From Elusimicrobiota bacterium (GTDB taxonomy: Bacteria; Elusimicrobiota; Elusimicrobia; UBA1565; UBA9628): 64,000 bases of DNA. Of the stretch, positions 1 to 9,141 are shown one piece after another. The notes under the pieces were generated by a model that worked only from the letters and a program-made list of their open reading frames with translations, was not told the DNA's origin and searched no databases. Position numbers and translations under genes: made by a program. The stretch spans positions 1,238-65,237 of the forward strand of contig JACQPJ010000059.1 in NCBI GenBank assembly GCA_016207605.1. Reading direction: 5' to 3'. How positions within the stretch are numbered: the stretch's first letter is position 1; each line of letters begins with the position of its first letter.

Positions 1-95
1 TCTTGTCCAAGACGGACGTCGAGCTGGAAGCCGTCCGGGACCTCCCCGGCTACCGCGCCGCGGTCGCCGACGCCCGGCGCGTCGCGCGGCGCTGA
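1..95 (+). CDS. 3' end of an upstream gene (partial)
   Basis: Open frame from position 3 (LSKTDVELEAVRDLPGYRAAVADARRVARR) ending in TGA at 93-95; codon usage resembles the host genes. Confidence 0.5.
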   Translation, partial: LSKTDVELEAVRDLPGYRAAVADARRVARR

Positions 96-129
96 AGCGA
101 CGCAGGTCCTTAGTATATAATGGCGTCTC

Positions 130-837
130 ATGGCCTACTCGCGCCGCGAGGCCCCCAACTGCGACTGGTGCCCCTATCGTAGGAACTGCTTCTACGACCT
201 CCTGGGCACCAAGGAGGCCCGCAAGGCCTGGCGCGAGATGCGCCTGGCCAACTCCTTTCGCCGCGGCGAGGTCGTGCTCCAGGAAGGCGCCCTGCCCCAG
301 GGCGTCTACGTCGTCTGCACGGGCAAGGTCAAGGTGTACAAGTCGAGCCGCACGGGCCAGCAGCTGACCACCCGCATCGAGAGCCCCGGCGACCTGCTCG
401 GCCACGTGAGCTTGTTGGCCGCCGAGGGGCCCTATATGGCCACCTGCGAGACCCTCGAGCCCAGCGTCGTGTCGATGGTGGACGCGCGCACCTTCCGCGA
501 CTTCCTCGCCAAGTTCCCGCAGGCCTCCATGGCCCTCATCCGGGAGCTGGCGCGCGACGTGCGCCGGGGGGAGAACAAGGCCCGCGACATCGCCTTCAAG
601 TCCGCGCGCGGCCGCCTGGCCGACATCCTCCTGCGCATGATGCAGGGCGGCCGCCCCTGGCCCATCGTGGCCGGAATCCGGCGCCGCGACCTCGCCGAGC
701 TGGCGGGGCTCACCATCGAGACGACCGTGCGCCTGCTCAAGGAGTTCGAGGGCGACGGGATACTGCGCAAGCGCGGCAAGGACCTGCTCATCGTCGCCGC
801 CGAGCGCCTGCGCGCGGTCTCCGGAAACGCCGCCTAA
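130..837 (+). CDS. Crp/Fnr family transcriptional regulator with N-terminal Cys cluster
   Basis: cNMP-binding-like region (FRRGEVVLQEG...PGDLLG), C-terminal HTH (RRDLAELAGLTIETTVRLL), N-terminal C11-x2-C14-x5-C20. Confidence 0.92.
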   Translation: MAYSRREAPNCDWCPYRRNCFYDLLGTKEARKAWREMRLANSFRRGEVVLQEGALPQGVYVVCTGKVKVYKSSRTGQQLTTRIESPGDLLGHVSLLAAEGPYMATCETLEPSVVSMVDARTFRDFLAKFPQASMALIRELARDVRRGENKARDIAFKSARGRLADILLRMMQGGRPWPIVAGIRRRDLAELAGLTIETTVRLLKEFEGDGILRKRGKDLLIVAAERLRAVSGNAA

Positions 838-846
838 CGGCGGCCG

Positions 847-906
847 CTAGGCCGCGATCCTGCGGACGCGGCACAGATGCGTCGAGGAAAGGTTCATAGC
901 ATCTAG
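847..906. repeat. CTAG-bounded 56-bp double-hairpin repeat unit (copy A)
   Basis: CTAG at 847 and 903; near-identical reverse-complement copy at 24926-24985; related units at 15712-15884. Confidence 0.85.
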
Positions 907-1529
907 GTCCCGAAGAGGCGGTCCCCGGCGTCGCCCAGCCCCGGGACGATGAACCCGCGGCGGTCGAGCGCGGGATCGACGGCGGCGGTGTAAATGGGGA
1001 CGTCGGGATGCTCGCGGCGCACGCGCGCCACGCCCGGCCGGGCCGAGAGCAACGTCAGCAGGGAGACGCTGCGGGCTCCCGCCTCCTTGAGCACGCGCAG
1101 GGCCTCGCAGGCCGAGCCGCCGGTCGCCAGCATGGGATCGCAGAGCACGACGAAGCTCCGCGACAGGCGCGGGGGCAGGCGCAGGCAATAGCGCACGGGC
1201 CGGAGGGTCTCCTCGTCGCGATAGAGGCCGACGTGGCCGACCGCGGCCTCGGGCGCCAGCGCCAGCAGGCCGGGCAGCATGCCCAGGCCGGCCCGCAGGA
1301 CCGCGACGAAGACGAGCGGCTGGTCGAGCACGCGCGCAGGCGCGGATTGAAGCGGCGTGCGGACCTTTGCGGCGCGCGTGCGCGCGCCCCGCAGAATCTC
1401 CCCGCCGATGAGCGCCGCGACCTCCGCCGTCAGACGGCGGAAGCTCTCCGAGGACGTGGACTTGTCGCGCAGGCGCGCGAGCTTGTCCTGCACGAGGGGA
1501 TGAGCGCTGACGCGAAGACCGCCTTTCAT
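903..1529 (-). CDS. upp: uracil phosphoribosyltransferase
   Basis: MKGGLRVSAHPLVQDKLARLRD..., VLRAGLGM, PRPP motif LCDPMLATGGS, C-terminal VPGLGDAGDRLFGT; 208 aa from ATG at 1529. Confidence 0.97.
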   Translation of the reverse strand: MKGGLRVSAHPLVQDKLARLRDKSTSSESFRRLTAEVAALIGGEILRGARTRAAKVRTPLQSAPARVLDQPLVFVAVLRAGLGMLPGLLALAPEAAVGHVGLYRDEETLRPVRYCLRLPPRLSRSFVVLCDPMLATGGSACEALRVLKEAGARSVSLLTLLSARPGVARVRREHPDVPIYTAAVDPALDRRGFIVPGLGDAGDRLFGT

Positions 1530-1537
1530 GAAGTCTC

Positions 1538-2845
1538 CTATTTCACCACGCCTAAAATGACGCGGCCGCGGCGAGGGGGCTTGGGCCCGATCGACAGCGC
1601 CTCGCGAAAGGCCGCCTCGCCCGCATCGAGGCGCGCCGCGTCGGACGCGTACAGCACGGCCAGAGACCCACCCCGGCGCGCGCGTTCGCCGACCTTGGCG
1701 CGCAGGGCGATGCCCGCGCCGTGGTCGACGGCCTGCTCGCGGTCGGCGCGGCCCGCGCCCAGGAGCACGGCGGCCTCGCCGACGCGGCGCGCGTCGAGGC
1801 GCGCCACCCAGCCGTCGCGCGGGGCGGGCACGACGCGGGACAGCCTGGACGCGGGCAGGCGCCCGGGGTCGTCCACGACGGCCGGGTCGCCGCCCTGAGC
1901 CTTGACGACCTCCCGGAAGGCGCGCAGCGCGGAGCCGTCGCGCAGGCGCGCCGACGCCAGCTCCCGGCCCCGCGCCGGAGACGCGGCCTTGCCCGCCAGC
2001 GCCAGCATCCAGCCGGCGAGGGCGAGGAGGCACTCCAAATAGTCGGCGGGGGCCTCGCCCCCGCGCAGGACCTCGACGGCCTGGCGCACCTCCAAGGCGT
2101 CGCCCACGCAGCGGCCCAGCGGCTGGTCCATCGCGGTCAGCACCGCGACGGCGCGCATCCCCAGGCCGCGCGCGGTCTTGACCAGGGCCCGCGCCAGCGC
2201 CCGCGCGGAGGCCGCGTCGGAAAAAATCGCGCCGGAGCCGACCTTGACGTCCAGGACCAGGGCGTCGAGCTCCTCGGCCGCCTTCTTGGAGAGAATGCTC
2301 GACACGACCAAGCCGCGCGCCGGGACCGTCGCGGTCGCGTCGCGCAGGGCGTAGAGCGCGCGGTCGGCGGGCGCCAGCGTCTCGGTCTGGCCGAAGAAGC
2401 AGACGCCCAGACGCCGCATCTGCTCGCGCACGGCCGCGGGCGCCAAGCGCACGCGCAGGCCCGGGATCGCCTCCAGCTTGTCCAGCGTGCCGCCCGTGTG
2501 GCCGAGGCCCCGGCCGGACATCATGGGCACGGCCGCGCCGCAGGCCGCGACGAGCGGCGCCAGCGCCAGCGAGACGCCGTCGCCCACGCCGCCCGTGGAG
2601 TGCTTGTCGACCTTGGGCCGGTCCAGCCCGCCCAGGCCCAGGCGCTCGCCGGACCCGGCCATGGCCGCAGCCAGCGCCGCCGTCTCCGCGTCGTCGAGGC
2701 CGCGGCAGAGCGCGGCCATCAGCCACGCCGAGAGCTGGTAGTCCGGGACTAGGCCGCGCGCGGCCGCCTCCGCCACGAAAGCGAGCTCCTCGGGCGCGTG
2801 CCGCCCGCCGTCGCGCTTCTTGGCGATGAGGTCGAGGAAGCGCAT
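1538..2845 (-). CDS. pdp: pyrimidine-nucleoside (thymidine) phosphorylase
   Basis: MRFLDLIAKKRDG, DKHSTGGVGD, MSGRGLGHTGGTLDKLE, SILSKK, LDVKVGSG; start ATG at 2845. Confidence 0.96.
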   Translation of the reverse strand: MRFLDLIAKKRDGGRHAPEELAFVAEAAARGLVPDYQLSAWLMAALCRGLDDAETAALAAAMAGSGERLGLGGLDRPKVDKHSTGGVGDGVSLALAPLVAACGAAVPMMSGRGLGHTGGTLDKLEAIPGLRVRLAPAAVREQMRRLGVCFFGQTETLAPADRALYALRDATATVPARGLVVSSILSKKAAEELDALVLDVKVGSGAIFSDAASARALARALVKTARGLGMRAVAVLTAMDQPLGRCVGDALEVRQAVEVLRGGEAPADYLECLLALAGWMLALAGKAASPARGRELASARLRDGSALRAFREVVKAQGGDPAVVDDPGRLPASRLSRVVPAPRDGWVARLDARRVGEAAVLLGAGRADREQAVDHGAGIALRAKVGERARRGGSLAVLYASDAARLDAGEAAFREALSIGPKPPRRGRVILGVVK

Positions 2846-2853
2846 GGTCCGCG

Positions 2854-3684
2854 TCAGAGCGCGCGCAGAAAATCGGAGAGAACGCCGCGCAAATTCCTTG
2901 AGACGCGTCCGCCTAACGCCAGGACCTCGGCATGGTCCTGCGTCGAGCCGGGCAGGCCTGCGGCCATGTTGGAGACCCACGCCAGGGCCGCGGCCCGCAC
3001 GCCCATCTGGCGCGCGGGGATCACCTCCGGCGCCACCGACATGCCTACGACGTCGGCGCCGAGGCGGCGCAGCGCGCGGATCTCGGCGGGCGTCTCGTAG
3101 GAGGGACCGCTCAACGCGGCATAGACGCCCTCGCGCGCCGGCGCACCCGCTCGGCGGCACGCGGCCAGCAGGGCCCGGCGCAGGGCCGGATCGTAGGCAT
3201 TCAATAGGCTCGGGAACATGGTCCCATATTTTTTTTGATGGAAACCCCGCAAGGGGTTGGCGCCCATCAAGTTGATGTGGTCCGAAACGACGACAAAATG
3301 TCCCGGCTTGGCCTCCTTTCGCAGCGAGCCGACCGCCGCCGTGACGATCAAGGTCTCTAGGCCGAGCGCGCGAAGCGCGCGCAGAGGCAGGGCGATGTCC
3401 TCCATCGCGTGGCCCTCGTAGTAATGGAAGCGGCCCTGAAGGACAGCGACGCCGCGGCCGACCGCTCGGCCCAGGATCAGCCGGCCCTCGTGGCCCGGCA
3501 CCGTGGGTCGGGGGAAACCGGGAATGCCGCGGTACGAGATCGCCGTCGTCTCGTCGAGAGAGGGGACCGCTCCGGCCAGGCCCGAGCCGAGAACGACGGC
3601 GACCTCCGGCCGGAACCCCGGCGCCTTTCTCCGGAGGGCGGCCGCCGCGGCGCGGACCCGCGCGGAATAATTCCCTTCGCTCAT
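2854..3684 (-). CDS. punA: purine-nucleoside phosphorylase (trimeric PNP type)
   Basis: VVLGSGL, QGRFHYYEG, GPSYETPAE, GADVVGMS, VSNMAAG. Confidence 0.95.
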   Translation of the reverse strand: MSEGNYSARVRAAAAALRRKAPGFRPEVAVVLGSGLAGAVPSLDETTAISYRGIPGFPRPTVPGHEGRLILGRAVGRGVAVLQGRFHYYEGHAMEDIALPLRALRALGLETLIVTAAVGSLRKEAKPGHFVVVSDHINLMGANPLRGFHQKKYGTMFPSLLNAYDPALRRALLAACRRAGAPAREGVYAALSGPSYETPAEIRALRRLGADVVGMSVAPEVIPARQMGVRAAALAWVSNMAAGLPGSTQDHAEVLALGGRVSRNLRGVLSDFLRAL

Positions 3685-3722
3685 CTGCCGAGAATTCTAC
3701 TTGTTTTTGGTAAAATGGGCCC

Positions 3723-4553
3723 ATGCCCACCGCGACCGCCGCCCCAACGGATCTTCGCGAGCTCATCCGCCGGATGAGGGTCGACATCATCCGCATGATC
3801 GAGGCGGCCGGCTCGGGGCATCCCGGCGGCTCCCTCTCCGTCATCGACCTGCTCGCCGTGCTCTACTGGAAGTTCCTCAAGCACGACCCGCGCCGTCCGA
3901 ATTGGCCGGAACGCGACCGCCTCATCCTCTCCAAGGGCCACGCCTGCCCCGCGCTCTACGCGGTCATGGCGCAGCGCGGCTACTTCCCCGCCGAGGAGCT
4001 GCCGAGCCTGCGCAAGCTGGACAGCCCGCTCCAGGGCCATCCCGACCGCCTGCGCCTGCCCGGCATCGAGTTCTCGTCGGGCTCGCTCGGCCAGGGCCTT
4101 TCCGTCGGCCTGGGCATGGCCCTGGCGGCCAAGCTGGACAAGGCCGCCTGGAAGACCTACGTCGTGCTCGGCGACGGCGAACTGCAGGAAGGCCAGGTCT
4201 GGGAGGCCTTCATGGCCGCGCCCAAGTTCAAGCTCGACAACCTGGTCGCGATCGTGGACCACAACAACGGCCAGATCGACGGCCCGGTCCAGCAGGTCAT
4301 GGACCTCGAGCCCCTGGCCGACAAACTGCGCGCCTTCAACTGGGACGTGCAGGCGATCGACGGCCACGACCTGGCCGCGGTGGAGAAGGCGCTCTCCGCG
4401 GCCTCGGCCGCCGGCGGCCGGCCGCGCGCGATCATCGCCAAGACCGTCAAGGGCAAGGGCGTCTCCTTCATGGAGCACAACATCGCCTGGCACGGCTCGG
4501 CGCCCAAGAAGGCCGACGCGGACAAGGCGGTCCAGGAGATCCTCGATGCCTAA
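3723..4553 (+). CDS. tkt: transketolase, N-terminal (TPP-binding) subunit
   Basis: GSGHPGGSLS, LSKGHACPALY, LQGHP, GSLGQGLS, GDGELQEG. Confidence 0.96.
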   Translation: MPTATAAPTDLRELIRRMRVDIIRMIEAAGSGHPGGSLSVIDLLAVLYWKFLKHDPRRPNWPERDRLILSKGHACPALYAVMAQRGYFPAEELPSLRKLDSPLQGHPDRLRLPGIEFSSGSLGQGLSVGLGMALAAKLDKAAWKTYVVLGDGELQEGQVWEAFMAAPKFKLDNLVAIVDHNNGQIDGPVQQVMDLEPLADKLRAFNWDVQAIDGHDLAAVEKALSAASAAGGRPRAIIAKTVKGKGVSFMEHNIAWHGSAPKKADADKAVQEILDA

Positions 4554-5487
4554 GGCCACGCGCGAATCCTTCGGCGAGGCGCTCCTGGCGATCGCCGAGA
4601 AGAACCCCGACGTGGTCGTGCTGGACGCGGACCTCTCCAAGTCCACGATGACCCAGCCCTTCCTGAAGAAGTTCCCCGAGCGCCACTTCGAGCTGGGCAT
4701 CGCCGAGCAGAACATGGTCGGCGCGGCCGCGGGCCTGGCGCTGTCCGGCAAGATCCCGGTCCTGACCTCCTTCGCCTGCTTCGTGACCGGCCGCCTGGAG
4801 ACCATCCGGATCTCGGCCGCCTACAACCGGACCAACGTCAAGATCGTGGGCACCCACGCGGGCATCGGCATCGGCGAGGACGGCACCTCGCAGATGGGCC
4901 TGGAGGACGTCGCGGCCATGCGCGCCCTGCCGCACATGACCGTGCTCCAGCCCGCCGACGACGCCGAGACCCGGCAGGCCGTCGCTTGGATGATCGAGCA
5001 CGAGGGCCCCGTCTACCTGCGCCTGACCCGCCAGAAGATGCCCGACGTCCACGGGCCCGGCTACCGGTGGGAGCTCAACAAGATCGACGCGGTCTTCGAG
5101 CCGGCCAAGAAGCCCGCCAAGCACCAAGCCACCATCATCGCCTCCGGCGGTCCCGTGCCCTGCGCCGTCGAGGCCGCCAAGAGCCTGGAGGCCAAGGGCT
5201 TCGCCGTGCGCGTGGCCAACGCCTCGACCCTCCAGCCTTTCGACGGCGAGGCCGTCGCGCGCTTCGCCGCGGACTCCCAGCGCCTGGTGACCGTCGAGGA
5301 CCACAACGTCCACGGCGGCCTGGGTTCGGCGGTCTGCGAGGCCGCCGCCGAGCGCGGCCTCGCCGTCCCCGTCGTGCGCGTCGGCCTGCGCGACTTCGGC
5401 GAGTCCGCCTCTCCCGATGAACTCTACGAGAAGTACGGCCTAGCCGCGCCCGCGATCGCCGAGGCCTGTCTTAAAAATCTGGGCTGA
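4546..5487 (+). CDS. tkt: transketolase, C-terminal subunit
   Basis: ATRESFGEAL, DADLSKST, GIAEQNM, GEDGTSQ, VTVEDHNVHGGLG; overlaps the N-terminal subunit gene. Confidence 0.95.
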   Translation: MPKATRESFGEALLAIAEKNPDVVVLDADLSKSTMTQPFLKKFPERHFELGIAEQNMVGAAAGLALSGKIPVLTSFACFVTGRLETIRISAAYNRTNVKIVGTHAGIGIGEDGTSQMGLEDVAAMRALPHMTVLQPADDAETRQAVAWMIEHEGPVYLRLTRQKMPDVHGPGYRWELNKIDAVFEPAKKPAKHQATIIASGGPVPCAVEAAKSLEAKGFAVRVANASTLQPFDGEAVARFAADSQRLVTVEDHNVHGGLGSAVCEAAAERGLAVPVVRVGLRDFGESASPDELYEKYGLAAPAIAEACLKNLG

Positions 5488-5502
5488 GGCGGCGCGCCGG
5501 CC

Positions 5503-5655
5503 GACGAGCTTCGTCTCGACTGGACGCGGGAACTGCCGTTCTATATGGCGGCGGCGGCCGCGCACGCGGCGCTGCTTTTCCTCAACCCGACGATCCAATG
5601 GAGGGCGACGCGGTCATGCCGGCAAGGGGCGTGCGTATTGCGCTATTTTGCATAG
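5503..5655 (+). pseudogene. relic 5' fragment of a tonB-like gene
   Basis: Translates DELRLDWTRELPFYMAAAAAHAALLFLNPTIQWR, 21/33 identical to the N-terminus of the intact TonB-like protein at 6292; no start codon after the tkt stop; frame then ends at TAG. Confidence 0.75.
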
Positions 5656-5668
5656 TGTATTACACTAT
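5652..5668. promoter_or_regulatory. palindromic operator upstream of the toxin-antitoxin pair
   Basis: ATAGTGTA-T-TACACTAT perfect 8-bp inverted repeat overlapping a TACACT -10-like box, 9 nt before the toxin ATG. Confidence 0.65.
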
Positions 5669-5676
5669 ACAGAGCA

Positions 5677-6021
5677 ATGGCGAAGTTTAAGTTCGTCGAA
5701 TGGCTGTTCCTGTGGCTGCAAGAAACTTCGCGCTTTGAGTTCAATTGGGACGATGGAAACCGGACAAAAAGCACGACGAAGCACTCGGTCACAACGACGG
5801 AAGCAGAAGAGGTCTTCTTGTTGGGCCAGGCAGCACCTTTAGGAGTGCAAATAAGTCCGGAGGCTCCCGAGGAACGGCTGGGCATCGTGGGAACGACATC
5901 CGGGGGACGCAGCCTGCATGTGGTCTTTACCTTGAGGGAAGGCAAGGTTCGACCGATCAGCGCGCGGCCTGCCCACAAAAAGGAGAGAGAATTCTATGAA
6001 GCATACCTACGTGAAGTCTGA
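5677..6021 (+). CDS. brnT: BrnT-family (DUF497-like) type II toxin
   Basis: FEFNWDDGNRTKSTTKHSV...EAEEVF...EERLGIVG...LHVVFTLREGKVRPISARPAHKKEREFY. Confidence 0.85.
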   Translation: MAKFKFVEWLFLWLQETSRFEFNWDDGNRTKSTTKHSVTTTEAEEVFLLGQAAPLGVQISPEAPEERLGIVGTTSGGRSLHVVFTLREGKVRPISARPAHKKEREFYEAYLREV

Positions 6022-6244
6022 AGGCGCGTATGACGTCGTGTCTGGATTCGAAAAAAAGAAAATCCTTGCGGCTGCCCGGCGCCTCAAGAAAACGCGCAAG
6101 CTCCCCACGAGCGTGGCTCTGGAGGAAAGGACAATCAGGGAATTGAAGGCCATAGCGGAATGGCGCGGAATGCCTTATCAGGTTCTCATGCGAATGTTCA
6201 TCCTCGACGGCTTGCATAAATCCCAGCCGGCGAACGCGCACTGA
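5996..6244 (+). CDS. BrnA/CopG-like ribbon-helix-helix antitoxin
   Basis: 82 aa, overlaps toxin 3' end; TSVALEERTIRELKAIAEWRGMPYQVLMRMFI is an RHH-type motif. Confidence 0.8.
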   Translation: MKHTYVKSEGAYDVVSGFEKKKILAAARRLKKTRKLPTSVALEERTIRELKAIAEWRGMPYQVLMRMFILDGLHKSQPANAH

Positions 6245-6291
6245 CCGCGCCCTTCTTACGGCCAAGATTAACCGGCGCTATTCTAGCGGCA

Positions 6292-7245
6292 ATGTCGTTC
6301 GTGGATGAACCCAACGTCGAGTGGCGGAGCGATATCCCGTTCTATCTCATCGCGGCGGCGGCGCACAGCGCGCTGCTGATGCTCAACCCGACGATCCAGT
6401 GGAAGACCCCTCGACGCGCGATTGCGGCGTCGGTGCCCGTCGAGTTCGTGGCCCGGCTTCCCGCGCCGCCCGCGCCGTCGCCGCGCCTGGCGCCCGCGCC
6501 GCCGCCCTCCAAGGAGATCGGCCGCGGCGGCTCCCCGCGCCGCGCCGTCCAACGCCGATGGACCGCCAAGCCGAGCCCCGCCGCCGAGGCCGCCCGCCAA
6601 CGCCGCGCCGCGCGGGCCGCCTCCCAGGCCGCGGCCCGAGCGGCCGCGCAGGCCGCCGCGCGCAAGCGCCGGCGGGAGCGCGCCCTGGCCGTCGCCGCGG
6701 CCGCGGCCCAGCAGCGGGAGACCACAGCCAAACGCGCCGCAGCGCTGGCCGCGGAGCGGGAGGCCCGGGCGCGCAGGAAAATCCTGCTGGCGCAGGCCCT
6801 GGCGCAGGCCGGCGGACCCGCGGAGGCGGCGGGAGCCGCTGAAGCGGGCGCGCTGCCGGGAGCAGAGGCCGCGACGGTCCTGGCGGAATCCCCCGAGCCG
6901 GGCGACGGGACCGACGGGGCGGCGGACGGACGCGGGACGGCCGGCGGCGGAGAAGGGGTCTCCTGGGCGGTGGAAGGCCCTACGGGAAGCCGCCGCGCCC
7001 TGCGGCGCGAAGCGCCGATCAGCCCGGCCTGGGTGGGCGAACGGGGTCTCGACCTCACGGTCGCGGTGCGCTTCCAGGTTCTCGCCGACGGTTCGATCAA
7101 GGGCGGGGCCGTGATTCGGAAGACCTCGGGCTATCCCGAGCTCGACCGCCGCGCGCTCGCGGCGCTGTCGCACTGGCGCTTCGAGCCCGCGGCCGCGGGC
7201 GGCCCGCCCGTCTGGGGACGCGCCTCCTTCCGCTTCGCGCGATGA
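6292..7245 (+). CDS. TonB-family energy transducer (TonB_C domain)
   Basis: N-terminal TM with His (AAAAHSALLML), Pro/Ala-rich linker, C-terminal VAVRFQVLADGSI...KTSGYPELDRRALAALSHWRFEP. Confidence 0.85.
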   Translation: MSFVDEPNVEWRSDIPFYLIAAAAHSALLMLNPTIQWKTPRRAIAASVPVEFVARLPAPPAPSPRLAPAPPPSKEIGRGGSPRRAVQRRWTAKPSPAAEAARQRRAARAASQAAARAAAQAAARKRRRERALAVAAAAAQQRETTAKRAAALAAEREARARRKILLAQALAQAGGPAEAAGAAEAGALPGAEAATVLAESPEPGDGTDGAADGRGTAGGGEGVSWAVEGPTGSRRALRREAPISPAWVGERGLDLTVAVRFQVLADGSIKGGAVIRKTSGYPELDRRALAALSHWRFEPAAAGGPPVWGRASFRFAR

Positions 7246-9116
7246 GGCGAGCGTCGAAGGCGGCCCTGCTCGCGGCCGCGCTGGCCGCGGCCGCGAACGC
7301 GCCGGCGCGGGCCGCGGCGCCGGCGGCGGACGCGCCCTACGTGCCCGCCCTGCCCGCGGCCACGCCCGAGGAGGGCTTGAGCCGGCTGCGCGAGGCCGTC
7401 GCGCGGCGGCAGGAGGACGCCGCGCTGGGCGAGGTCTACGACTTCCTCAAGCGCTACCCCGCGCGCGAGGAGGGCGGCGAGCTGCGCCTGGCCGCCGGCG
7501 CCCTGCACTTGCGCCGCGGGGAGTTCGGGCGCGCGGCGGAGTTTCTGCGCCCCCTGGCGCAAGACGCCGGCTCGCCCCTGAGCGGCCGCGCGACGCACCT
7601 GCTGGGCGCGGCCCTGCTCGCGCTCGACGACGACGCCGGCGTGCTGGAGGCGGTGCCGGCCGCGGACCCGACCGCGGGCGCGGACCCCTGGCTGGCGCGC
7701 GCGCAGGTCTGGCGCGCCGCCGCCGAACGAAACCAAGGCCGCGTCGAGGACGCCGCTCGGCGCGATCAGGCCCTGGCGGAGGCGGGGATCGAGTCGCCGG
7801 TCCGCGCCTACGCGGCGGCGGCCGCGGCCGCTGACGAGGACCGCCGCGGACGGCCCGAACGGGCGCGCGGCGCGCTCGCGCGCGCCGAGGCCGACGCCGC
7901 GCGCTGGGGCCTGGCGCGGCTGCGCGAGGTCCTCAAGCTCTCCCGGGCGGGACTGGACGCCCGGAATGGACGCCTGGCGGAGGCGGCCGAGGGCTACGCC
8001 CGCTTCGCCGCGGAACACCCCAAAAGCCCTCTGCTGGCCCAGGCGCTCTACGAACGCGGCCTCGCGCTCAAGGGCCTGGACCGCCGCGCGGACGCGGCCG
8101 AGGTTTTTGGCTCCCTGCTCCGGCGCGTCCCCGGCTCGGTCTACGGCGCCGACGCCCACCTTCAGCTTGGGCTGATCGCCGCCGAGCAGGGGCGCGCGGA
8201 GCAGGCCGCCGCCGAATACCGGAGCATGGCCGAAGCCGCGGGAACGCCGGAGGCCGGTCGCGAGGCGCTTCTCCTGACGGCCCGGGCGTACTACAACGCC
8301 AAGCGCTGGGCCGAGGCCGTTCCGTTGTACCGGCGCGCCTTGGAGGGCGCGGCGGACGTTCCCCGAACGCGCGAGGTGAGGGGACTGCTCTTCGTCGCGC
8401 TGTGGGAATCCGACCGCGCCGACCCCGAGCTCACGGCCCTCGCCGAGGCGCTGCCCCAGCACCCGCTCGCGCCCCGTGTCCGCTGGGAGCTGGCCGCCGC
8501 GGCCTACCGGCGCGGCGGCTGGGCCGAGGCCGCGGACCGCTTCGGCCGCGAGCTCGCGGTCGACCCGAAGGGGCCCCGCGCGGCCGACGCGGCCTTCCAC
8601 CGCGCCGAGGCCCTGCGCCAGCTCGGGCGCGGCGCCGAGGCCGCGAACGCCTATCGGGACTTCCTGCGCGCCCATCCCCGCCACCCGCGGGCCAAGGACG
8701 CCGCGGCGCGCCTGGACGCCGAGGACGCGGACGCCGCGCGCGCCCGCGCGCAGGCCCTGGGCGAGAGCGGGGCCGCTGCCGCGGCCTGGGAGGCATTCGG
8801 CCGACGCTGGCCGCGCCATCCCAAGGCCGCCTGGGCCTGGTGGCAAGCGGGACGCCTGCGCGAGAGACAGGGCCGGACCGCGCAGGCCAGGTCCGCCTAC
8901 GCCCAGCTGCGGGACGCCGCGCCTGCCGATGACCCCGCCCGAGTCTCCGGCCTCCTGCGCCTGGGGCTCCTGCTCGAGCTCGACGACCGGCCGCGCCAGG
9001 CCGCCCCGCTCTACGTCGAGATCCTCCGCCGCGCCGGCCGGCGCAGCCCGGCCTTCGAGACCGCGCGCCGGCGCCTGCAGGCGCTCACCGGCGACAAGTC
9101 CCTGCTGAAGCGCTGA
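7242..9116 (+). CDS. secreted tetratricopeptide-repeat protein (BamD/CpoB-like repeats)
   Basis: Signal peptide; repeated F...HPKSPL..QALY / YGADAHLQLG / HPRHPRAKDA helical motifs; ATGA overlap with tonB. Confidence 0.8.
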   Translation: MRRASKAALLAAALAAAANAPARAAAPAADAPYVPALPAATPEEGLSRLREAVARRQEDAALGEVYDFLKRYPAREEGGELRLAAGALHLRRGEFGRAAEFLRPLAQDAGSPLSGRATHLLGAALLALDDDAGVLEAVPAADPTAGADPWLARAQVWRAAAERNQGRVEDAARRDQALAEAGIESPVRAYAAAAAAADEDRRGRPERARGALARAEADAARWGLARLREVLKLSRAGLDARNGRLAEAAEGYARFAAEHPKSPLLAQALYERGLALKGLDRRADAAEVFGSLLRRVPGSVYGADAHLQLGLIAAEQGRAEQAAAEYRSMAEAAGTPEAGREALLLTARAYYNAKRWAEAVPLYRRALEGAADVPRTREVRGLLFVALWESDRADPELTALAEALPQHPLAPRVRWELAAAAYRRGGWAEAADRFGRELAVDPKGPRAADAAFHRAEALRQLGRGAEAANAYRDFLRAHPRHPRAKDAAARLDAEDADAARARAQALGESGAAAAAWEAFGRRWPRHPKAAWAWWQAGRLRERQGRTAQARSAYAQLRDAAPADDPARVSGLLRLGLLLELDDRPRQAAPLYVEILRRAGRRSPAFETARRRLQALTGDKSLLKR

Positions 9117-9141
9117 CCCCTTTTTATCTAGAATCCCCCCC

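Noticed and set aside
903-2726. 607-aa ORF listed on the minus strand
   Set aside because: Only the last 208 aa are Upp; the Arg/Gly-rich upstream part is an off-frame shadow of pdp
1538-3844. 768-aa ORF suggesting an extended phosphorylase
   Set aside because: The N-terminal part overlaps punA in another frame; the real protein starts at MRFLDL (2845)
3723-5487. Split transketolase as a frameshifted pseudogene
   Set aside because: Two-subunit transketolases are a normal family, and both halves have proper starts and intact motifs
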